The position numbers and the translations under genes were made by a program. Source: Methanocaldococcus jannaschii DSM 2661 (GTDB lineage Archaea; AGJL01; Methanococci; Methanococcales; Methanocaldococcaceae). From it: DNA of 32,000 bases. Location of the stretch: NCBI RefSeq assembly GCF_000091665.1, contig NC_000909.1, positions 1,162,961 through 1,194,960 on the forward strand, given 5' to 3'. Below, piece after piece: positions 17,284 to 26,984 of the stretch (within the stretch, counting starts at the first letter, position 1; the number at the start of each line of letters is the position of its first letter). The notes under the pieces are model-generated. The model searched no databases. It was given only the letters and a program-made list of their open reading frames with translations, and had not been told where the DNA came from.

Positions 17284-19188
17284 TTACTTAACCCTTATAG
17301 CATCCAAGTTCATTGGCACATAAGTTTGTTTTTTGAACAATCTTCTAACTGTATCTGCAAAATCTAAGCACTTACTCTCTTCTCCATGAACCATAATTAT
17401 CTTCTCTGGTGAAGGCTTCAATCTTCTGATATACTTAATTAACTGCTTTCTATCACTATGTCCTGAAAATCCTTCAATTGTATAAACCTGTAGATTTATT
17501 GGAATTGATTTTGTCTTTCCATTTCTTGTAATGATTGGAATCTCTTTCCAACCGCTCTGAACCTTTCTACCCAAAGTTCCCTCTGCTTGATAACCAACAA
17601 ATATTATTGCATTTTTCTCATCTGGAGCTAAGTGTTTTAGATACTCAACACTCGGCCCTCCAGTAAGCATTCCAGATGTTGCTAAGATTACACATGGTTC
17701 ATCACTATCAATAACTTTCCTTCTTTCATTAGTGCTTCCAACCCTCTTAAATACTTCAGATAAGAATGGATTATCTCCTTCGTGGAATATCTTCTGCCTC
17801 ATTTCTTTTGATAAATACTCTGGATATGCAGTATGTATAGCAGTAGCTTCCCAAATCATTCCGTCTAAATAGACAGGAGCGTTAAATATGCCTTGATTGT
17901 ATCCTTCTTCTAAAACAAGCATTAACTCCTGAGCTCTTCCAACTCCAAATACTGGAATTAAAACCTTTCCTCCTCTATCTGTTGTTTCACTAACAACCCT
18001 CAAAAGCTCTCTCTCTGCCTCTTCCCTCTCTGGCAGAACATCATCATAAGCCCCATAAGTAGATTCAATTATCAATGTTTCTAATCTTGGGAATTGGCAA
18101 ACAGCCGGCTCTAACAGCCTTGATGTCTCAAACTTGATGTCTCCAGTATAGGCTAAGTTATACAACCCCTCTCCTATATGTAAATGGGCAATAGCAGAAC
18201 CTAAAACGTGTCCAGCATTATGTAGGGTTAATTTTATTGTTGGGCTTATGTCTGTTGTAACTCCATAATCAATTGGTATTGTGTGCTTAACACATGTTTT
18301 TATATCTTTTGAGGTGTAAGGAACTTCTTTACCCTCTTTTTTAGCTATCTCTAAATAATCTTTTTGCAATAAAGTCATTAAATCCCTTGTTGGTCTTGTG
18401 CAGTAAACAGGACCGTCATAACCATATCTAAACAAACCGGGAATAAAACCACAGTGATCTAAGTGAGCATGAGTAACTATAACAGCATCTAAATCTTCAA
18501 TTGAGAATTCTGGAGCATCAAAGTGAGGAAATGCCTTATCTTCACATGCTACATTGATACCACAATCAATTAATACCCTTGTGTCTGGTGTTTGAACATA
18601 TAAGCAAGACCTACCAACTTCTCTTGCTCCTCCTAAGAAAGATACTCTTATCCAATAATCTCCTCTAACAACTATATCTCTATGTATTCTCCTTCCAATT
18701 CTTCTTAAAATTTCTTTAACCTCATGTCTCTCCCTATAAAGTGTGGCCCTAATTGCTTTTATTGTCTCTGATTGTATTGGTGGAGTTCTTACTGGTTTAG
18801 GTGCCCATCTTATTGCTTTTTTAATCATTTCCAGTGTTTTTCCTTCTTTACCTATAACCAATCCAGGTTTCTTTGATTCTATTATGACTTCCCCAGTGTT
18901 TGCATCAAAAACAAAGTTAGTTATTTCTGCCTCTTCAGGGACAATTTCTAAAATTTTCTGTTTAGCTATTTCTGGCTCAACTAAAACAGATGGGTCTGGT
19001 CTTATGGAAATTCTTTTCCTCAAATCCTTAGCAAGGCTTTTAATAATTTCATTTGTGAAAATTTCTGGATTTTTTACATAGACAACGACTTCAGGCCCCT
19101 CAAACTGAACATCAACTATTTTCGCCTCTTTTGGTGATTTTTTTATTATCTCTTTTCTTATATTTTCTAAAACTTCCTCTGCTGACAA
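17284..19188 (-). CDS. aCPSF1: two N-terminal KH domains plus a metallo-beta-lactamase/beta-CASP ribonuclease
   Basis: Contains THAHLDHCG (HxHxDH), the KH-like GLVIGKEGKT, and the C-terminal beta-CASP and RMMBL region (VHGE). The start is TTG after GGAGGAGG. Confidence 0.93.
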   Translation of the reverse strand: MSAEEVLENIRKEIIKKSPKEAKIVDVQFEGPEVVVYVKNPEIFTNEIIKSLAKDLRKRISIRPDPSVLVEPEIAKQKILEIVPEEAEITNFVFDANTGEVIIESKKPGLVIGKEGKTLEMIKKAIRWAPKPVRTPPIQSETIKAIRATLYRERHEVKEILRRIGRRIHRDIVVRGDYWIRVSFLGGAREVGRSCLYVQTPDTRVLIDCGINVACEDKAFPHFDAPEFSIEDLDAVIVTHAHLDHCGFIPGLFRYGYDGPVYCTRPTRDLMTLLQKDYLEIAKKEGKEVPYTSKDIKTCVKHTIPIDYGVTTDISPTIKLTLHNAGHVLGSAIAHLHIGEGLYNLAYTGDIKFETSRLLEPAVCQFPRLETLIIESTYGAYDDVLPEREEAERELLRVVSETTDRGGKVLIPVFGVGRAQELMLVLEEGYNQGIFNAPVYLDGMIWEATAIHTAYPEYLSKEMRQKIFHEGDNPFLSEVFKRVGSTNERRKVIDSDEPCVILATSGMLTGGPSVEYLKHLAPDEKNAIIFVGYQAEGTLGRKVQSGWKEIPIITRNGKTKSIPINLQVYTIEGFSGHSDRKQLIKYIRRLKPSPEKIIMVHGEESKCLDFADTVRRLFKKQTYVPMNLDAIRVK

Positions 19189-19427
19189 AATAATCCTCCT
19201 CCTTAACTTTTAAAAATCTCTGCCGTGTTTTAAATTGAAAATTTTGATAATATTTTGTAATTGTTTATGAAAAAATGTTAAAATTAAAAATATAGCATAA
19301 AATAGAGATATTTAGTTAAATTAAGAGATTTTATAGATTTTTATCTATATTTTTCTTAAAATTTTTAATCTTATATTAAACTTATTAGCCTTTAGCTTAA
19401 TTCTAACAATTCCATATCTAATTTATT

Positions 19428-20102
19428 TTATTTGCTCTTTCTTCTACTTCTTTTTGTGGTTTTTTTCTTAGGTTTAGCTTTCATACTATCTAAGATTTTT
19501 TCAATCTCTTCATCCTCAAATATCTTAACACCATCTTTTGTTATAACAGCTAATGATATACCATTTCCTGAAAATGTGTCTCTTTCCATTGCTGATTTTA
19601 ATGCATTTAGGGCTAATTTTATCCCTTCTTCAACTGACATATCTCTATCATATCCAGCTTCTAAAACCCCATAGGCAATTGGAGAACCAGAACCAGTAGC
19701 TGTAAAAGTTTTTTCTTCGTTCATTCCTCCTAATGGGTCTAATGAAAATAATTTAGCTCCTTCCAATAAATCATACCCACCAATAATTATCTGAGTTAAA
19801 AAAGGGAACATTCTACTTGAATGCAATATATTACTCAATAGGGTAGCACATGCCAATGGAGGGATATTTCTCCCAGTTCTCATTTTGTATAGTTTTGCCT
19901 CAGCAATTAATAACCTAACTATCGCTTGAGCGTCTCCAACACTTCCCGCAATGGTCATCGCTATGTAATCATCTATCTTATATAATTTTTTTGCTTCTTT
20001 GTCAGCTACTAAATTACCTAATGATGCCCTTTTATCTGTCGCTAAAATTACTGCATCGTCACAAATTAAACCAACGGTTGTTGTTCCTTTCATTACATCC
20101 AT
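19428..20102 (-). CDS. psmB: Proteasome beta subunit
   Basis: The propeptide MDVMKG is followed by TTTVGL, the N-terminal catalytic Thr after processing. It is Ntn-hydrolase beta-type throughout, with a basic C-terminal tail. Confidence 0.95.
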   Translation of the reverse strand: MDVMKGTTTVGLICDDAVILATDKRASLGNLVADKEAKKLYKIDDYIAMTIAGSVGDAQAIVRLLIAEAKLYKMRTGRNIPPLACATLLSNILHSSRMFPFLTQIIIGGYDLLEGAKLFSLDPLGGMNEEKTFTATGSGSPIAYGVLEAGYDRDMSVEEGIKLALNALKSAMERDTFSGNGISLAVITKDGVKIFEDEEIEKILDSMKAKPKKKTTKRSRRKSK

Positions 20103-20222
20103 TCTTTCACCTTAAATAATTACCTATTTCCTATTTCTCACTTTTAATAGCTTTCTAATAATATTTCAATAAATAAAAATTTTATTTTGTTCATAAATCT
20201 TAACCTAAAAATAAGAAAAGAT

Positions 20223-21590
20223 TTAGTAGGTTTTAGCTATTGCTATATATTTATTACCTTTATATTCTGTCTCCCCTAAAATAGTTGCCTCTACTTTCTC
20301 TTCAAGTTCTTCGTTGTATATCTCTTCCTTAAATGGGACTAAAATTACCCCCCTCTTTTCAGATAGTATATTTTTAATTTCATCAGGATTTATATCTTCA
20401 AGGATGGTTATAAAGTTTTCGAATTTTTCCCATGCTCTATTCTTAATGTTTTCCATAATATTATTTAAAGTTTTTTCTACAACCTCCATTAACTGGGTTT
20501 CATCCACCTGGAATTTCTCCATTGTATCTCTTCTAAATAAGGTTATCTTTTTATTCTCAATATCTTTTGGACCTACTTCAATCCTCAATGGAACGCCTTT
20601 TATCTCCCAATCGTTAAACTTCCTTCCAGGTCTTATGTCCCTATCATCTATATGGACTCTAAATTTACCTTTTAATTTCTCATAAATCTCTTTTGCCTTC
20701 TCCATAACAATATCTTCCTTTCCTTTGAAAATTAATGGAACTATAACTACCTGTATTGGTGCAACTATTGGAGGCAGAATTAAACCTTTCTCATCCCCAT
20801 GTATTGCTATAATTGAAGCTATAACCCTATCTGAGATTCCGTAGCATGTTTGATAAGCATAATCTTTATCTCCAGTTGGTGTTTCAAATATAATTTCAAA
20901 TGTCTTTGAGAAGTTCTGCCCTAAGTTATGGACTGTAGCTATCTGCATAGTTCTTCCATCTGGGAATATAGTGTCAAAAGCCATTGTGTATTCTGCCCCA
21001 GGGAATTTGTCCCATTCTGGTCTTTTGGATATTAAATAAGGAATACCCAAAGTATCAAAGAATTTTTTGTAGATAGATATAGCTTCTTTTACTTGGTTTT
21101 CAGCCTCTTCCTTTGTTGAATGGGCAGTGTGGGCCTCTTTAAATGTCATTATCTCTCTTAACCTAATTAAAGGTCTTGTGTGCTTTGTTTCATACCTAAA
21201 TGTATTAACTATCTGATAGATTTTTATTGGCAAATCAGTATGAACCTTAACCCAAAGTTTCATCATATAGTATATTGGTGTTTCTGAAGTAGGTCTTAAA
21301 GCTAATTTAACATCTAACTGTGTTTTTCCTCCATGAGTTACCCAATAAACCTCATCCTCAAATCCTTTTATATGCTCTGCCTCCTTAGCTAATAAATCCT
21401 CTGGAATCAGCATTGGGAATAATGCCTCATCATGCCCACTCTCATCTAATAAATTTCTTATTATTTCGAATGTGTATCTTCTTATTTTAAATCCGTAAGG
21501 TAAATAAACTCCACAACCTTTTATTGGATACCTAACATCATAAATTTCAGCTTTTTCTAATATATCTGAATACCATTCTGAAAATTCCAA
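20223..21590 (-). CDS. proS: Prolyl-tRNA synthetase (archaeal/eukaryotic-type class II)
   Basis: 455 aa with class II motifs ([16 protein letters not shown], the TCYGIS region) and a C-terminal anticodon-binding domain. The start is TTG with GGTGA 4 nt upstream. Confidence 0.93.
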   Translation of the reverse strand: MEFSEWYSDILEKAEIYDVRYPIKGCGVYLPYGFKIRRYTFEIIRNLLDESGHDEALFPMLIPEDLLAKEAEHIKGFEDEVYWVTHGGKTQLDVKLALRPTSETPIYYMMKLWVKVHTDLPIKIYQIVNTFRYETKHTRPLIRLREIMTFKEAHTAHSTKEEAENQVKEAISIYKKFFDTLGIPYLISKRPEWDKFPGAEYTMAFDTIFPDGRTMQIATVHNLGQNFSKTFEIIFETPTGDKDYAYQTCYGISDRVIASIIAIHGDEKGLILPPIVAPIQVVIVPLIFKGKEDIVMEKAKEIYEKLKGKFRVHIDDRDIRPGRKFNDWEIKGVPLRIEVGPKDIENKKITLFRRDTMEKFQVDETQLMEVVEKTLNNIMENIKNRAWEKFENFITILEDINPDEIKNILSEKRGVILVPFKEEIYNEELEEKVEATILGETEYKGNKYIAIAKTY

Positions 21591-21680
21591 GATATCACCT
21601 TTTATTTTATAGCAAATTAATAAATATTAATTTTTATTTAAAATGACAGTTGGTTATTTAAAGTTTTTCATGGTGGGGCA

Positions 21681-22358
21681 ATGATAGGAATAGCCATAAA
21701 ACCAAGTAAAATAAATGAAGATATTGTAGATTTTGGACACTTTATTGGAAGATATTTTGATTATTATATTATAGATGCTGAAAATGAGGTTATAAAAGAT
21801 GAAGAGATTTTAGAGAGGTTGGAAAAGATATCAAAAGTTGTTATGACAGTTCAAGCTAAGAGAGTTGATGCTTTTGAATTGTTAGAGCTTTATGCATCTT
21901 ATGGCTTTGATTTATGTGTTGTTTTAGGAAACAAGCAGTATTTAACTGAAAAAGAAAGAAAATTTAAAAATTATAGGATTTTGGATGTTATCAAAGAGGC
22001 TATGAGATGTAGCAGAGATATTTGGGTTGGAATTGAGGGAGTTGAGAGTTTGGTTAAAGATATTGTAGAGGAACATAACCTTATAGCTTATTATCTGTAT
22101 GGGCAAGAATGCAGTATAAACTCAAAGAGAGCTATATATGTCCCTTATGCTACAAAGATTAATGAGAATGCGTTAGAATCTATGAAAGGTTATCTAAATA
22201 GAAGGAAAAACTATAGAGGTAATTGGAGAGATTTTATATTGTCTTTGAATGATGAGGAAAGCATAGAGAGGATTAAAAATAATGATATAGTTGTTGGTTA
22301 TCCAATAATTCCAAATAAAGAGGAGATATTAAATTTTGTTAGATGTTTTAGTGTATAA
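21681..22358 (+). CDS. Conserved hypothetical protein (225 aa)
   Basis: Clean ORF with GGTGGGG upstream of its ATG. I recognise no motif. Confidence 0.6.
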   Translation: MIGIAIKPSKINEDIVDFGHFIGRYFDYYIIDAENEVIKDEEILERLEKISKVVMTVQAKRVDAFELLELYASYGFDLCVVLGNKQYLTEKERKFKNYRILDVIKEAMRCSRDIWVGIEGVESLVKDIVEEHNLIAYYLYGQECSINSKRAIYVPYATKINENALESMKGYLNRRKNYRGNWRDFILSLNDEESIERIKNNDIVVGYPIIPNKEEILNFVRCFSV

Positions 22359-22360
22359 TT

Positions 22361-22654
22361 TTACACTGTATAATAAAACAACTTTACAAACGCTTTTTTA
22401 ACTTTTTCTTTGGCTTTTTCTTTTTCAATATCTGATTTAGCTTTAATCTCTTCCTCTATTGCTTCACTTAACTCTTTTAGAAGCTTACTTGGAACTTTTG
22501 GAAGATACGGACTTGTAATTTTTGCTAAATTCTTTGCAGTTTCTAAATCATTGACAATATAGAAGAACATAATTCTTGCTAAGGCTTGTGTAAATTCAGT
22601 ACTTACATTCCAAACAAGTTTTTTATAATCTTTATAGGATTTTTTTATTTCCAT
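22361..22654 (-). CDS. Hypothetical helical, lysine-rich protein (97 aa)
   Basis: This ORF follows the P-loop fragment ORF after a 23-nt gap. I recognise no family. Confidence 0.45.
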   Translation of the reverse strand: MEIKKSYKDYKKLVWNVSTEFTQALARIMFFYIVNDLETAKNLAKITSPYLPKVPSKLLKELSEAIEEEIKAKSDIEKEKAKEKVKKAFVKLFYYTV

Positions 22655-22677
22655 TTAAAAAGCTATTATACATCTTC

Positions 22678-22893
22678 TCAAAATTTAATGGTCTTTGATT
22701 CTTCATCAGATGTAAGATAAACAACCTTAACTCCCTCTCTCCTCAACTTTGTGTAGATATATCTTGCAATGGTAGTTTTACCCATTCCAGCTAAGCCCAA
22801 GACGCAAGCTGAGCCATAAGTATTTAAGGCATCTATTAAATTATCTTCAAAACCTCTTTTAACATACCACTTTATCTCCATTTTTAACACCAT
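22678..22893 (-). CDS. 71-aa P-loop NTPase N-terminal fragment (possible gene remnant)
   Basis: Contains the Walker A motif GLAGMGKTT, then VKVVYLTSDEE, and stops. It is far too short for a complete NTPase domain. Confidence 0.5.
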   Translation of the reverse strand: MVLKMEIKWYVKRGFEDNLIDALNTYGSACVLGLAGMGKTTIARYIYTKLRREGVKVVYLTSDEESKTIKF

Positions 22894-23056
22894 TTTAATT
22901 AAAAAGTAGTATGACTACATATTTAAGATTTTGAACATTAATTTATATATAATATTTTTCTTATACTGCAATAAAACCTTATACAAAAAAGAAATTTTTA
23001 CATTTTAACCAAAAAAGCTTTGAAACAGTAAATAAGATAAAAATAGGATAAAAAAA

Positions 23057-24661
23057 TTACTTCTGTCCAAACATCTCTTGCTTCTCTTCCTCTGTTAATA
23101 AAGCAACTATCTCTTCTGGCTTACCAACTTTTATTAACTTACCATTTCTCATCAATCCAGCTCTATCACATACATTCAATACAAAGTCCATATCGTGTGA
23201 AACAATAATATATGTTTGCTCCAACTCTATCCTTGATTTGTGGATTGATTCAGCAACTGTGTTTCTTGTTATTGGGTCCATTGTCCCAGTAGGCTCATCT
23301 AATATAACAACTCTTGGCTCTTTTATTAAAACTTGTGCTAAAGCACATCTATGCCTCTCCCCAACACTCAATTCATGAGGATATTTGTCTAAAATCTCCT
23401 CTGCCTCTTCTTCACTAAATCCTACTGAAACCAACGTATAAACCGCCTTCATTCTTGCAAATTCATCTGGAAGTTCTAAACCAATAGCCTCTGTTAAATT
23501 CTCTAAGATAGTTCTATGTGGATAGAGGGCATATTCTTGGAATAATATACCAATATACCTCTTAGCCCTTCCTCTACCCATAGGTCCAGGTTTAGTCATA
23601 TCAACCCATTCATCTCCAACTCTAAACCAGTATTTTCCTTTTGAAGGTGGAAGAACTCCAGCAATAATCTTTGCTAATGTTGTTTTTCCAGCTCCACTTG
23701 TTCCAACTAAACCAAATATTTCTCTCTCCCTAATGTTTAAAGTTACATTATCAACTGCTTTAATAACTCCTCTCTCAACAGAACAGTAGTGTTTTGAAAC
23801 ATTTTCTAACTTTATAATGTCCTCTTTAATTTCAACTTCTGTTTCTGGTTTTTTAAACTCTTTAACTGTTTCCATGAATTTATTAACAACTTCCTCTGAA
23901 GTTCCTTCCATTATGATTTCTCCCTTATCTAACCAAATTGCCTTCTCTGTTAGCTCAGCAATAACCTCTGGCCAGTGAGAGGTTAAGATTAAGCTTATCT
24001 TATTCTTAATAACAAGTTCTTTTAAAGCTGAATGAACCAATTTAGCAGTTTGAGGGTCTAAGGTCCCAGTTGGTTCATCAGCTAAGAATATAAATGGCTC
24101 TTTAGCTATTTGCCTTGCTAAAACTACCCTCTGCTTCTCTCCTCCACTTAAATCTCTTGCAATGTGGGTTATTCTATGCTCCAACTTAACCATTTTGATT
24201 AACTTTAATGCCATATCAATAGCTTCCTTCCCTTCATAACCTGCCTGATGTAAAGCTTCTAAGATATTTTCAAGAACAGTTTTCTCCCCATATAAAGCAA
24301 AAGTTCTCTGAAGCATTATAGCAATTTTTCTTTTTAAATTATAGGTGTATTTTTTGTCATTCCAAAAATCCACTTCTATTTTTTTAAGCTCATTTCCACA
24401 TTTTTTACAAGGAGTTCCAGCTTTTGAAGGGACATCCACATAGCCACATTTTTCACAGTAGGAGACATGATAAATAATCTGCCCTTCAGTTGGCTCATAA
24501 CCATCCATTCCCCTTAACATGTGCAATAGAACAGATTTTCCAGCTCCACTCTTTCCCAAAATCCCTAATGACTCTCCTTCTTCTAATGTAAATGAAATGT
24601 TTTTTAAAACTACCTTATCTCCAAATTTTTTTGTGACATTTTTAACTTCCAATAGCATCAT
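23057..24661 (-). CDS. atwA: Methyl-coenzyme M reductase system component A2 (AtwA), a double ABC-ATPase
   Basis: Two ABC cassettes are present: [22 protein letters not shown] and [22 protein letters not shown]. The first cassette carries a CEKCG...CKKCG Zn-ribbon insert. The track TTG at 24676 lies in GGAGGGAGGAG, so the ATG at 24661 is preferred. Confidence 0.9.
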
Positions 24662-25029
24662 AGCTCCTCCCTCCAAGTTCTACAGTGCTTTTTTATGCCA
24701 AATCTATGCCTCATACAAAAACCACATTCTCTAATCTTATATTCTCCTCCTTCAATAACTATTGCCTTTCCATTTATTAAAGCATCGGCAATCTTTTTTC
24801 TACCTTCTGTCAATAAGCTCCACAAAACTCTTCTTGAGATTCCCATCAACTTAGATGCCTCTTCTTGTGTGTAATCAAGATAATCAACTAACCTAATTGC
24901 CTCTAACTCATCCACACTCAATATAACTTTATCTACCTCTGTAAGAGAAACTCCATGTGGTTTAAATATCCTAAATTTTGGTTCTTCAGATATAAATCTT
25001 GGAATTTTTGGTCTTCCTCTTCTACTCAT
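24658..25029 (-). CDS. DUF134/UPF0251 putative DNA-binding protein with a Cys/His-rich C-terminus
   Basis: The N-terminus [11 protein letters not shown] and the segment [39 protein letters not shown] resemble a sigma-70 region-4-like HTH. The C-terminus is [16 protein letters not shown]. Confidence 0.8.
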
Positions 25030-25120
25030 ATAATCTCCTCATTTTAAATAGAAGTTTTTTGCGTTTTTTATTTGAGGAATTTTAGCATATTAAAGAAACA
25101 CCACATGTGAAAGTTCATTT

Positions 25121-25447
25121 TTAAGGCATATTTACAATTATTCCTTCAATAGGAATTTCAATTATCGTGTATTTGCAGTCAGCAAGTTTTTCATCTATTA
25201 GCTTTTCAATTTCCATGAGTTTATTTTCACTAACAATAGTTCCAATTAATACAGCATTCTGTGCTAAATCACTAACTGCCTTAATAGCCATCTCTGGGTC
25301 TTCATCTAACAAAAATCCCTGCCAATCTTGGGGAGACATACCTTTATAATCATATAAGAAAAATCCAGTTATTCCTCCTTCTGATAGAGCGTTTATTGCC
25401 TTTCCAACATTTTCACTTTCAACGAATAAATACAACAAGATTTTCAT
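25121..25447 (-). CDS. Small PII-like (GlnB-fold-like) protein, paralog 2
   Basis: KILLYLFVESENVGKAINALSEGGITGFFLYDYKGMSP fits the beta-alpha-beta start of PII-fold proteins. It is clearly paralogous to the upstream ORF. Confidence 0.6.
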   Translation of the reverse strand: MKILLYLFVESENVGKAINALSEGGITGFFLYDYKGMSPQDWQGFLLDEDPEMAIKAVSDLAQNAVLIGTIVSENKLMEIEKLIDEKLADCKYTIIEIPIEGIIVNMP

Positions 25448-25458
25448 TTATCCCACCT

Positions 25459-25797
25459 TTAGACCCTATGGACCTTAACCTTTAATATTGGAATCTTCAT
25501 CACTGTCCATCTCTCATTGTTCATTTTTTCTTTTAATAGTTCTTCTATTTTTTTAGCTTTTTCCTCTTTAACTACAGTCCCAATAACAACTGCTTTATCA
25601 GACTCATCCCTTATAATTTCATAAACTTTCTCAATATCCTCTAACTCCTCTTTACTTAAATTTTTAAACTTATCTGGGGACAATCCCCTATATTTATGCA
25701 AGAAAAATCCAGTAATTCCAGCTAAGGTCATTATATTTATTGCTTTACCCACATTTTTTTCTTCAACAAACAATTCAAACAAAACTCTTTTTGTCAT
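25459..25797 (-). CDS. Small PII-like (GlnB-fold-like) protein, paralog 1
   Basis: VLFELFVEEKNVGKAINIMTLAGITGFFLHKYRGLSP aligns with the neighbouring ORF. The gap to paralog 2 is 11 nt. Confidence 0.6.
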   Translation of the reverse strand: MTKRVLFELFVEEKNVGKAINIMTLAGITGFFLHKYRGLSPDKFKNLSKEELEDIEKVYEIIRDESDKAVVIGTVVKEEKAKKIEELLKEKMNNERWTVMKIPILKVKVHRV

Positions 25798-25945
25798 AAT
25801 ATCCCCCTTATGTGGAAAAGTTACAATTTAACTGTTAAAAATATAGAATATAAAGTTTTTCATTTAGTTTCCTTAATATGTTATTAAAAAAAGAAATTTT
25901 AACAATTATCGTATTATAATTTTCAAATTTTTAAATAATAGGATA

Positions 25946-26812
25946 TTATTTTCCTAAAATCCCTGCCAATAACTTTGGAATATCAGATATATTTTTTGCC
26001 ACATAAGCACCTGCCTCTTCTAAAGCCTTCATCTTACTTTCTGCTGTTCCTTTTCCTTTCTCAACAATAGCTCCAGCATGTCCCATTCTCTTTCCTTCTG
26101 GTGCTGATTGTCCAGCTATATAACCAATAACTGGTTTTTTCATCTTCTCTATAAATTTAGCTGCCTCTTCTTCAGCCCCTCCACCAATCTCTCCAATCAT
26201 AACAATAGCTTCTGTCTCATCATCCTTCTCAAATAAATCTAAAACCTCCTTATATCTTAATCCAACTATTGGGTCTCCTCCAATCCCTACGCAAGTTGAA
26301 ACTCCAAAACCAGCCTTTTTTATTTGGTGAGCTATCTCATAAGTTAAAGTTCCACTTCTTGAAACCATCCCTACACTTCCCTCTTTTAAAACTTCCATTG
26401 GTATAATTCCAAGCTTGCCAACTTTTGGTGATGCTATACCTGGTGTATTCGGCCCTATAATCTTCACTCCAACATCTTCAGCGTAATTTACGAACTCCAT
26501 AGTATCATGAACTGGGATATGCTCTGTAATAACAACTATCAACTCAATTCCGGCATCTATTGCCTCAAAAACTGCATCTTTAGCAAATGGAGCTGGAACA
26601 AAAATTACTGACGCATTGGCATCTGTCTCTTTAACTGCCTCTTTAACTGTATCAAAAACAGGAACTCCATGGACGTTCTGCCCTCCTTTTCCTGGTGTGA
26701 CTCCTCCAACAATTTTAGTTCCACATTCTAACATTTTCTTTGTGTGAAAACTTCCCTGCCTTCCAGTAATTCCCTGAACTATCGCCTTTGTGTTCTCATC
26801 CAATAATATCAT
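25946..26812 (-). CDS. sucD: Succinyl-CoA synthetase (ADP-forming) alpha subunit
   Basis: [23 protein letters not shown] aligns with bacterial SucD N-termini. It also contains SRSGTLTYE and the catalytic-His region MGHAGAI. ATG at 26812 (GAGGGAT upstream) is preferred over the track start at 26830. Confidence 0.93.
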
Positions 26813-26846
26813 TTTATCCCTCAACACCATGTATTAAACCGTAAAA

Positions 26847-26854
26847 TTTATATA
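26847..26854 (-). promoter_or_regulatory. TATA box candidate for sucD
   Basis: A palindromic TTTATATA/TATATAAA element centred about 39 nt upstream of the ATG at 26812. The predicted TSS near 26825 leaves the SD in a short leader. Confidence 0.35.
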
Positions 26855-26984
26855 TCCCCTTTTACTTTTTATATGTGTCGTTGTAGAACTTTCACAATTT
26901 ATATATTTATAAGGCACTTTGATGCCTAAAGGGTATCGTCATTCCAATAGTAGATTTATTCCTGTGAAGATTCTACATTGATGC

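Noticed and set aside
22655-22677. A simple frameshift joining the 71-aa P-loop ORF to the 97-aa ORF
   Set aside because: The 23-nt gap contains TAA and TAG stops in the other frames. The combined 168 aa would still be too short for the expected ATPase. I therefore report it only as a possible remnant.
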